Shown here piece after piece: positions 11,001-23,000 of a stretch of DNA of 64,000 bases. The stretch lies in the NCBI RefSeq assembly GCF_009914755.1, contig NC_060937.1; one strand, 5' to 3'. Made by a program: the position numbers and the translations under genes. Every line of letters begins with the position of its first letter. The first letter of the stretch is position 1. The notes beneath the pieces were generated by a model, which saw only the letters and a list, made by a program, of their open reading frames with translations, made no database searches and was not told the DNA's origin. The stretch is from the human T2T-CHM13v2.0 reference genome, Homo sapiens.

Positions 11001-14000
11001 AAAAACAGTGTTTCCAAACTGCTGCATCAAAAGAAAGGTTCAACTCTGTTAGTTGAGGACACACATCACAAAGAAGTTTGTGAGAATGCTTCTGTCTAGA
11101 TTTTGTATGACCATATTCCCTTTTCCAGCGATATCATTAAAGCAATCTAAATATCCATTTGCAGAATCCACAAAAATAGAGTTTCAAAGCTGCTCTGTAA
11201 AAAGAAAGGTTCCACTCTGTTAGCTGAGTACACACATCACAAACTTGTTTCTGAGAATCCTTCTGTCTCGTTTTTATGGGAAGATATTTACTTTTTCACC
11301 GTAGGCATCAAAGCGCTCCAAATGTCCACATCCAGATACTCCAGAAAGAGTGTTTCAAACCTGCTCTATGAAAGGGAATCTTCAACTCTATGAGTTGAAT
11401 GCAGACATCAGAAAGAAATTTCTGAGAATGCTGCTGTCTACCTTTTATTTGAATTCCCGCTTCCAACGAAATCCTCCAAGCTATCCAAATATCCACCTGC
11501 ATTTTCCACAAAAAGAGCGTTTCAAAACTGCTCTATCAATAGAAATGTTCAACTCCTTTGGCTGGGTACACACATCACAAACAAGTTTCTGAGAATGCTT
11601 CTGTCTAGTTTTTATGGGAAGACATTCCCTTTTTCACCAAAGGCATCAAAGCGCTCCAAATGTCCACTTCCAGACACTACAAAAAGAGTGTTTCCAACGT
11701 GCTCTAAGAAAGCGAATGTTCAACTCTGTGACTTGAATGCAGATATCACAAAGTAGTTTCTGAGAGGGCTTCTGTCTAGATTTTAGATGATGATATTCCC
11801 GTTTCCAACGAAATCATTAGAGCTATCCAAATATCCACTTACAGTTTCTACAAAAAGAGTGTTTCCAAACTGCTGCATCAAAAGAGAGGTTCCACTCTGT
11901 TAGCTGAGTACACACATCACAAACTTGTTTCTCAGAATCCTTCTGTCTCGTTTTTCTGGGAAGATATTTACTTTTTCACCGTAGGCATCAAAGCGCTCCA
12001 AATGTCCACATCCAGATACTCCAGAAAGAGTGTTTCAAACCTGCTCTATGAAAGGGAATCTTCAACTCTATGAGTTGAATGCAGACATCAGAAAGAAATT
12101 TCTGAGAATGCTGCTGTCTACCTTTTATTTGAATTCCCGCTTCCAACGAAATCCTCCAAGCTATCCAAATATCCACTTGCAGATTCCACAAAAAGAGTGT
12201 TTCAAAACTGCTCTCTATCAATGGCAAAGTTCAACTCTGTTAGTTGAGGACACATATCACCAACAAGTTTCTGAGAATGCTTCTGTCTATTTTTTATGGG
12301 AAGATATTTCCTTTTTCACCGTAGGCGTCAAGGCGATCGAAATGTCCACTTCCACAAACTACAAAAAGAGTGTTTCAAACCTGCTCTATGAAAGGCCATG
12401 TTCATCTCTATGAGTCGAATGGAAATATCCGAAAGAAATTTCTGGGAATGCTGCTGTCTAGTTTTTATACGAATTCCCGCTTCCAACGAAATCCTCAAAG
12501 CAATCCAAATATCCACTTGCAGAATCCACAAAAAGAGTGTTTCAAAACTGCTCTATCAATAGAAAGGTTCAACTCTTTTAGTTGAGTACACACATCACAA
12601 ACAAGTTTCTGAGAATGCTTCTGTCTGGCTTTTATTGGAAGACGTTTCCTTTTCACCAAAGGCATCAAAGCGCTCCAAATGTCCACTTCCAGATTCTTCC
12701 AAAAGAGTGTTTGAAACGTGCTCAAAGTAAGGGAATGTTCAACTCTGTGACTTGAATGCAGATATCACCAAGTAGTTTCTAATAGTGCTTCTGTCTAGAT
12801 TTTAGATGATGATATTCCCGTTTCCAACAAAATCGTTAGAGCTATCCAAATATCCACTTACAGTTGCTACAAAAACAGTGTTTCCAAACTGCTGCATCAA
12901 AAGAAAGGTTCAACTCTGTTAGTTGAGGACACACGTCACAAAGAAGTTTGTGAGAATGCTTCTGTCTAGATTTTGTATGACGATATTCCCTTTTCCAACG
13001 ATATCGTTAAAGCAATCTAAATATCCATTTGCAGAATCCACAAAAATAGAGTTTCAAAGCTGCTCTGTAAAAAGAAAGGTTCCACTCTGTTAGCTGAGTA
13101 CACACATCACAAACTTGTTTCTCAGAATCCTTCTGTCTCGTTTTTCTGGGAAGATATTTACTTTTTCACCGTAGGCATCAAAGCGCTCCAAATGTCCACA
13201 TCCAGATACTCCAGAAAGAGTGTTTCAAACCTGCTCTATGAAAGGGAATCTTCAACTCTATGAGTTGAATGCAGACATCAGAAAGAAATTTCTGAGAATG
13301 CTGCTGTCTACCTTTTATTTGAATTCCCGCTTCCAACGAAATCCTCCAAGCTATCCAAATATCCACTTGCAGATTCCACAAAAAGAGTGTTTCAAAACTG
13401 CTCTCTATCAATGGCAAAGTTCAACTCTGTTAGTTGAGGACACATATCACCAACAAGTTTCTGAGAATGCTTCTGTCTATTTTTTATGGGAAGATATTTC
13501 CTTTTTCACCGTAGGCGTCAAGGCGATCGAAATGTCCACTTCCACAAACTACAAAAAGAGTGTTTCAAACCTGCTCTATGAAAGGCCATGTTCATCTCTA
13601 TGAGTCGAATGGAAATATCCGAAAGAAATTTCTGGGAATGCTGCTGTCTAGTTTTTATACGAATTCCCGCTTCCAACGAAATCCTCAAAGCAATCCAAAT
13701 ATCCACTTGCAGAATCCACAAAAAGAGTGTTTCAAAACTGCTCTATCAATAGAAAGGTTCAACTCTTTTAGTTGAGTACACACATCACAAACAAGTTTCT
13801 GAGAATGCTTCTGTCTGGCTTTTATTGGAAGACGTTTCCTTTTCACCAAAGGCATCAAAGCGCTCCAAATGTCCACTTCCAGATTCTTCCAAAAGAGTGT
13901 TTGAAACGTGCTCAAAGTAAGGGAATGTTCAACTCTGTGACTTGAATGCAGATATCACCAAGTAGTTTCTAATAGTGCTTCTGTCTAGATTTTAGATGAT

Positions 14001-17000
14001 GATATTCCCGTTTCCAACGAAATCGTTAGAGCTATCCAAATATCCACTTACAGTTGCTACAAAAACAGTGTTTCCAAACTGCTGCATCAAAAGAAAGGTT
14101 CAACTCTGTTAGTTGAGGACACACGTCACAAAGAAGTTTGTGAGAATGCTTCTGTCTAGATTTTGTATGACGATATTCCCTTTTCCAACGATATCGTTAA
14201 AGCAATCTAAATATCCATTTGCAGAATCCACAAAAATAGAGTTTCAAAGCTGCTCTGTAAAAAGAAAGGTTCCACTCTGTTAGCTGAGTACACACATCAC
14301 AAACTTGTTTCTCAGAATCCTTCTGTCTCGTTTTTCTGGGAAGATATTTACTTTTTCACCGTAGGCATCAAAGCGCTCCAAATGTCCACATCCAGATACT
14401 CCAGAAAGAGTGTTTCAAACCTGCTCTATGAAAGGGAATCTTCAACTCTATGAGTTGAATGCAGACATCAGAAAGAAATTTCTGAGAATGCTGCTGTCTA
14501 CCTTTTATTTGAATTCCCGCTTCCAACGAAATCCTCCAAGCTATCCAAATATCCACTTGCAGATTCCACAAAAAGAGTGTTTCAAAACTGCTCTCTATCA
14601 ATGGCAAAGTTCAACTCTGTTAGTTGAGGACACATATCACCAACAAGTTTCTGAGAATGCTTCTGTCTATTTTTTATGGGAAGATATTTCCTTTTTCACC
14701 GTAGGCGTCAAGGCGATCGAAATGTCCACTTCCACAAACTACAAAAAGAGTGTTTCAAACCTGCTCTATGAAAGGCCATGTTCATCTCTATGAGTCGAAT
14801 GGAAATATCCGAAAGAAATTTCTGGGAATGCTGCTGTCTAGTTTTTATACGAATTCCCGCTTCCAACGAAATCCTCAAAGCAATCCAAATATCCACTTGC
14901 AGAATCCACAAAAAGAGTGTTTCAAAACTGCTCTATCAATAGAAAGGTTCAACTCTTTTAGTTGAGTACACACATCACAAACAAGTTTCTGAGAATGCTT
15001 CTGTCTGGCTTTTATTGGAAGACGTTTCCTTTTCACCAAAGGCATCAAAGCGCTCCAAATGTCCACTTCCAGATTCTTCCAAAAGAGTGTTTGAAACGTG
15101 CTCAAAGTAAGGGAATGTTCAACTCTGTGACTTGAATGCAGATATCACCAAGTAGTTTCTAATAGTGCTTCTGTCTAGATTTTAGATGATGATATTCCCG
15201 TTTCCAACGAAATCGTTAGAGCTATCCAAATATCCACTTACAGTTTCTACAAAAAGAGTGTTTCCAAACTGCTGCATCAAAAGAAAGGTTCAACTCTGTT
15301 AGTTGAGGACACACATCACAAAGAAGTTTGTGAGAATGCTTCTGTCTAGATTTTGTATGACCATATTCCCTTTTCCAGCGATATCATTAAAGCAATCTAA
15401 ATATCCATTTGCAGAATCCACAAAAATAGAGTTTCAAAGCTGCTCTGTAAAAAGAAAGGTTCCACTCTGTTAGCTGAGTACACACATCACAAACTTGTTT
15501 CTCAGAATCCTTCTGTCTCGTTTTTCTGGGAAGATATTTACTTTTTCACCGTAGGCATCAAAGCGCTCCAAATGTCCACATCCAGATACTCCAGAAAGAG
15601 TGTTTCAAACCTGCTCTATGAAAGGGAATCTTCAACTCTATGAGTTGAATGCAGACATCAGAAAGAAATTTCTGAGAATGCTGCTGTCTACCTTTTATTT
15701 GAATTCCCGCTTCCAACGAAATCCTCCAAGCTATCCAAATATCCACCTGCATTTTCCACAAAAAGAGCGTTTCAAAACTGCTCTATCAATAGAAATGTTC
15801 AACTCCTTTGGCTGGGTACACACATCACAAACAAGTTTCTGAGAATGCTTCTGTCTAGTTTTTATGGGAAGACATTCCCTTTTTCACCAAAGGCATCAAA
15901 GCGCTCCAAATGTCCACTTCCAGACACTACAAAAAGAGTGTTTCCAACGTGCTCTAAGAAAGCGAATGTTCAACTCTGTGACTTGAATGCAGATATCACA
16001 AAGTAGTTTCTGAGAGGGCTTCTGTCTAGATTTTAGATGATGATATTCCCGTTTCCAACGAAATCATTAGAGCTATCCAAATATCCACTTACAGTTTCTA
16101 CAAAAAGAGTGTTTCCAAACTGCTGCATCAAAAGAGAGGTTCCACTCTGTTAGCTGAGTACACACATCACAAACTTGTTTCTCAGAATCCTTCTGTCTCG
16201 TTTTTCTGGGAAGATATTTACTTTTTCACCGTAGGCATCAAAGCGCTCCAAATGTCCACATCCAGATACTCCAGAAAGAGTGTTTCAAACCTGCTCTATG
16301 AAAGGGAATCTTCAACTCTATGAGTTGAATGCAGACATCAGAAAGAAATTTCTGAGAATGCTGCTGTCTACCTTTTATTTGAATTCCCGCTTCCAACGAA
16401 ATCCTCCAAGCTATCCAAATATCCACTTGCAGATTCCACAAAAAGAGTGTTTCAAAACTGCTCTCTATCAATGGCAAAGTTCAACTCTGTTAGTTGAGGA
16501 CACATATCACCAACAAGTTTCTGAGAATGCTTCTGTCTATTTTTTATGGGAAGATATTTCCTTTTTCACCGTAGGCGTCAAGGCGATCGAAATGTCCACT
16601 TCCACAAACTACAAAAAGAGTGTTTCAAACCTGCTCTATGAAAGGCCATGTTCATCTCTATGAGTCGAATGGAAATATCCGAAAGAAATTTCTGGGAATG
16701 CTGCTGTCTAGTTTTTATACGAATTCCCGCTTCCAACGAAATCCTCAAAGCAATCCAAATATCCACTTGCAGAATCCACAAAAAGAGTGTTTCAAAACTG
16801 CTCTATCAATAGAAAGGTTCAACTCTTTTAGTTGAGTACACACATCACAAACAAGTTTCTGAGAATGCTTCTGTCTGGCTTTTATTGGAAGACGTTTCCT
16901 TTTCACCAAAGGCATCAAAGCGCTCCAAATGTCCACTTCCAGATTCTTCCAAAAGAGTGTTTGAAACGTGCTCAAAGTAAGGGAATGTTCAACTCTGTGA

Positions 17001-20000
17001 CTTGAATGCAGATATCACCAAGTAGTTTCTAATAGTGCTTCTGTCTAGATTTTAGATGATGATATTCCCGTTTCCAACGAAATCGTTAGAGCTATCCAAA
17101 TATCCACTTACAGTTGCTACAAAAACAGTGTTTCCAAACTGCTGCATCAAAAGAAAGGTTCAACTCTGTTAGTTGAGGACACACGTCACAAAGAAGTTTG
17201 TGAGAATGCTTCTGTCTAGATTTTGTATGACGATATTCCCTTTTCCAACGATATCGTTAAAGCAATCTAAATATCCATTTGCAGAATCCACAAAAATAGA
17301 GTTTCAAAGCTGCTCTGTAAAAAGAAAGGTTCCACTCTGTTAGCTGAGTACACACATCACAAACTTGTTTCTCAGAATCCTTCTGTCTCGTTTTTATGGG
17401 AAGATATTTACTTTTTCACCGTAGGCATCAAAGCGCTCCAAATGTCCACATCCAGATACTCCAGAAAGAGTGTTTCAAACCTGCTCTATGAAAGGGAATC
17501 TTCAACTCTATGAGTTGAATGCAGACATCAGAAAGAAATTTCTGAGAATGCTGCTGTCTACCTTTTATTTGAATTCCCGCTTCCAACGAAATCCTCCAAG
17601 CTATCCAAATATCCACTTGCAGATTCCACAAAAAGAGTGTTTCAAAACTGCTCTCTATCAATGGCAAAGTTCAACTCTGTTAGTTGAGGACACATATCAC
17701 CAACAAGTTTCTGAGAATGCTTCTGTCTATTTTTTATGGGAAGATATTTCCTTTTTCACCGTAGGCGTCAAGGCGATCGAAATGTCCACTTCCACAAACT
17801 ACAAAAAGAGTGTTTCAAACCTGCTCTATGAAAGGCCATGTTCATCTCTATGAGTCGAATGGAAATATCCGAAAGAAATTTCTGGGAATGCTGCTGTCTA
17901 GTTTTTATACGAATTCCCGCTTCCAACGAAATCCTCAAAGCAATCCAAATATCCACTTGCAGAATCCACAAAAAGAGTGTTTCAAAACTGCTCTATCAAT
18001 AGAAAGGTTCAACTCTTTTAGTTGAGTACACACATCACAAACAAGTTTCTGAGAATGCTTCTGTCTGGCTTTTATTGGAAGACGTTTCCTTTTCACCAAA
18101 GGCATCAAAGCGCTCCAAATGTCCACTTCCAGATTCTTCCAAAAGAGTGTTTGAAACGTGCTCAAAGTAAGGGAATGTTCAACTCTGTGACTTGAATGCA
18201 GATATCACCAAGTAGTTTCTAATAGTGCTTCTGTCTAGATTTTAGATGATGATATTCCCGTTTCCAACGAAATCGTTAGAGCTATCCAAATATCCACTTA
18301 CAGTTTCTACAAAAAGAGTGTTTCCAAACTGCTGCATCAAAAGAAAGGTTCAACTCTGTTAGTTGAGGACACACATCACAAAGAAGTTTGTGAGAATGCT
18401 TCTGTCTAGATTTTGTATGACCATATTCCCTTTCCCAGCGATATCATTAAAGCAATCTAAATATCCATTTGCAGAATCCACAAAAATAGAGTTTCAAAGC
18501 TGCTCTGTAAAAAGAAAGGTTCCACTCTGTTAGCTGAGTACACACATCACAAACTTGTTTCTGAGAATCCTTCTGTCTCGTTTTTATGGGAAGATATTTA
18601 CTTTTTCACCGTAGGCATCAAAGCGCTCCAAATGTCCACATCCAGATACTCCAGAAAGAGTGTTTCAAACCTGCTCTATGAAAGGGAATCTTCAACTCTA
18701 TGAGTTGAATGCAGACATCAGAAAGAAATTTCTGAGAATGCTGCTGTCTACCTTTTATTTGAACTCCCGCTTCCAACGAAATCCTCCAAGCTATCCAAAT
18801 ATCCACTTGCATTTTCCACAAAAAGAGTGCTTCAAAACTGCTCTATCAATAAATGTTCAACTCCTTTAGCTGGGTGCACACATCACAAACAAGTTTCTGA
18901 GAATGCTTCTGTCTAGTTTTTATGGGAAGACATTCCCTTTTTCACCAAAGGCATCAAAGCGCTCCAAATGTCCACTTCCAGACACTACAAAAAGAGTGTT
19001 TCCAACGTGCTCTAAGAAAGCGAATGTTCAACTCTGTGACTTGAATGCAGATATCACAAAGTAGTTTCTGAGAGGGCTTCTGTCTAGATTTTAGATGATG
19101 ATATTCCCGTTTCCAACGAAATCATTAGAGCTATCCAAATATCCACTTACAGTTTCTACAAAAAGAGTGTTTCCAAACTGCTGCATCAAAAGAGAGGTTC
19201 CACTCTGTTAGCTGAGTACACACATCACAAACTTGTTTCTCAGAATCCTTCTGTCTCGTTTTTCTGGGAAGATATTTACTTTTTCACCGTAGGCATCAAA
19301 GCGCTCCAAATGTCCACATCCAGATACTCCAGAAAGAGTGTTTCAAACCTGCTCTATGAAAGGGAATCTTCAACTCTATGAGTTGAATGCAGACATCAGA
19401 AAGAAATTTCTGAGAATGCTGCTGTCTACCTTTTATTTGAATTCCCGCTTCCAACGAAATCCTCCAAGCTATCCAAATATCCACTTGCAGATTCCACAAA
19501 AAGAGTGTTTCAAAACTGCTCTCTATCAATGGCAAAGTTCAACTCTGTTAGTTGAGGACACATATCACCAACAAGTTTCTGAGAATGCTTCTGTCTATTT
19601 TTTATGGGAAGATATTTCCTTTTTCACCGTAGGCGTCAAGGCGATCGAAATGTCCACTTCCACAAACTACAAAAAGTGTGTTTCAAACCTGCTCTATGAA
19701 AGGCCATGTTCATCTCTATGAGTCGAATGGAAATATCCGAAAGAAATTTCTGGGAATGCTGCTGTCTAGTTTTTATACGAATTCCCGCTTCCAACGAAAT
19801 CCTCAAAGCAATCCAAATATCCACTTGCAGAATCCACAAAAAGAGTGTTTCAAAACTGCTCTATCAATAGAAAGGTTCAACTCTTTTAGTTGAGTACACA
19901 CATCACAAACAAGTTTCTGAGAATGCTTCTGTCTGGCTTTTATTGGAAGACGTTTCCTTTTCACCAAAGGCATCAAAGCGCTCCAAATGTCCACTTCCAG

Positions 20001-23000
20001 ATTCTTCCAAAAGAGTGTTTGAAACGTGCTCAAAGTAAGGGAATGTTCAACTCTGTGACTTGAATGCAGATATCACCAAGTAGTTTCTAATAGTGCTTCT
20101 GTCTAGATTTTAGATGATGATATTCCCGTTTCCAACGAAATCGTTAGAGCTATCCAAATATCCACTTACAGTTGCTACAAAAACAGTGTTTCCAAACTGC
20201 TGCATCAAAAGAAAGGTTCAACTCTGTTAGTTGAGGACACACGTCACAAAGAAGTTTGTGAGAATGCTTCTGTCTAGATTTTGTATGACGATATTCCCTT
20301 TTCCAACGATATCGTTAAAGCAATCTAAATATCCATTTGCAGAATCCACAAAAATAGAGTTTCAAAGCTGCTCTGTAAAAAGAAAGGTTCCACTCTGTTA
20401 GCTGAGTACACACATCACAAACTTGTTTCTCAGAATCCTTCTGTCTCGTTTTTATGGGAAGATATTTACTTTTTCACCGTAGGCATCAAAGCGCTCCAAA
20501 TGTCCACATCCAGATACTCCAGAAAGAGTGTTTCAAACCTGCTCTATGAAAGGGAATCTTCAACTCTATGAGTTGAATGCAGACATCAGAAAGAAATTTC
20601 TGAGAATGCTGCTGTCTACCTTTTATTTGAATTCCCGCTTCCAACGAAATCCTCCAAGCTATCCAAATATCCACTTGCAGATTCCACAAAAAGAGTGTTT
20701 CAAAACTGCTCTCTATCAATGGCAAAGTTCAACTCTGTTAGTTGAGGACACATATCACCAACAAGTTTCTGAGAATGCTTCTGTCTATTTTTTATGGGAA
20801 GATATTTCCTTTTTCACCGTAGGCGTCAAGGCGATCGAAATGTCCACTTCCACAAACTACAAAAAGAGTGTTTCAAACCTGCTCTATGAAAGGCCATGTT
20901 CATCTCTATGAGTCGAATGGAAATATCCGAAAGAAATTTCTGGGAATGCTGCTGTCTAGTTTTTATACGAATTCCCGCTTCCAACGAAATCCTCAAAGCA
21001 ATCCAAATATCCACTTGCAGAATCCACAAAAAGAGTGTTTCAAAACTGCTCTATCAATAGAAAGGTTCAACTCTTTTAGTTGAGTACACACATCACAAAC
21101 AAGTTTCTGAGAATGCTTCTGTCTGGCTTTTATTGGAAGACGTTTCCTTTTCACCAAAGGCATCAAAGCGCTCCAAATGTCCACTTCCAGATTCTTCCAA
21201 AAGAGTGTTTGAAACGTGCTCAAAGTAAGGGAATGTTCAACTCTGTGACTTGAATGCAGATATCACCAAGTAGTTTCTAATAGTGCTTCTGTCTAGATTT
21301 TAGATGATGATATTCCCGTTTCCAACGAAATCGTTAGAGCTATCCAAATATCCACTTACAGTTTCTACAAAAAGAGTGTTTCCAAACTGCTGCATCAAAA
21401 GAAAGGTTCAACTCTGTTAGTTGAGGACACACATCACAAAGAAGTTTGTGAGAATGCTTCTGTCTAGATTTTGTATGACCATATTCCCTTTTCCAGCGAT
21501 ATCATTAAAGCAATCTAAATATCCATTTGCAGAATCCACAAAAATAGAGTTTCAAAGCTGCTCTGTAAAAAGAAAGGTTCCACTCTGTTAGCTGAGTACA
21601 CACATCACAAACTTGTTTCTCAGAATCCTTCTGTCTCGTTTTTCTGGGAAGATATTTACTTTTTCACCGTAGGCATCAAAGCGCTCCAAATGTCCACATC
21701 CAGATACTCCAGAAAGAGTGTTTCAAACCTGCTCTATGAAAGGGAATCTTCAACTCTATGAGTTGAATGCAGACATCAGAAAGAAATTTCTGAGAATGCT
21801 GCTGTCTACCTTTTATTTGAATTCCCGCTTCCAACGAAATCCTCCAAGCTATCCAAATATCCACCTGCATTTTCCACAAAAAGAGCGTTTCAAAACTGCT
21901 CTATCAATAGAAATGTTCAACTCCTTTGGCTGGGTACACACATCACAAACAAGTTTCTGAGAATGCTTCTGTCTAGTTTTTATGGGAAGACATTCCCTTT
22001 TTCACCAAAGGCATCAAAGCGCTCCAAATGTCCACTTCCAGACACTACAAAAAGAGTGTTTCCAACGTGCTCTAAGAAAGCGAATGTTCAACTCTGTGAC
22101 TTGAATGCAGATATCACAAAGTAGTTTCTGAGAGGGCTTCTGTCTAGATTTTAGATGATGATATTCCCGTTTCCAACGAAATCATTAGAGCTATCCAAAT
22201 ATCCACTTACAGTTTCTACAAAAAGAGTGTTTCCAAACTGCTGCATCAAAAGAGAGGTTCCACTCTGTTAGCTGAGTACACACATCACAAACTTGTTTCT
22301 CAGAATCCTTCTGTCTCGTTTTTCTGGGAAGATATTTACTTTTTCACCGTAGGCATCAAAGCGCTCCAAATGTCCACATCCAGATACTCCAGAAAGAGTG
22401 TTTCAAACCTGCTCTATGAAAGGGAATCTTCAACTCTATGAGTTGAATGCAGACATCAGAAAGAAATTTCTGAGAATGCTGCTGTCTACCTTTTATTTGA
22501 ATTCCCGCTTCCAACGAAATCCTCCAAGCTATCCAAATATCCACTTGCAGATTCCACAAAAAGAGTGTTTCAAAACTGCTCTCTATCAATGGCAAAGTTC
22601 AACTCTGTTAGTTGAGGACACATATCACCAACAAGTTTCTGAGAATGCTTCTGTCTATTTTTTATGGGAAGATATTTCCTTTTTCACCGTAGGCGTCAAG
22701 GCGATCGAAATGTCCACTTCCACAAACTACAAAAAGAGTGTTTCAAACCTGCTCTATGAAAGGCCATGTTCATCTCTATGAGTCGAATGGAAATATCCGA
22801 AAGAAATTTCTGGGAATGCTGCTGTCTAGTTTTTATACGAATTCCCGCTTCCAACGAAATCCTCAAAGCAATCCAAATATCCACTTGCAGAATCCACAAA
22901 AAGAGTGTTTCAAAACTGCTCTATCAATAGAAAGGTTCAACTCTTTTAGTTGAGTACACACATCACAAACAAGTTTCTGTTAATGCTTCTGTCTGGCTTT

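Larger units (their letters stand above)
161..20170. repeat. Super-HOR of 9178 bp (54 monomers, aSbSSSbSS): two full copies plus the start of a third
   Basis: 'a' blocks start at 161, 9339 and 18517, and the first two intervals have the same block order (678+2x680+6x1190=9178). A rare A>T is shared at 10499 and 19677, exactly 9178 apart. The right end is approximate. Confidence 0.88.
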
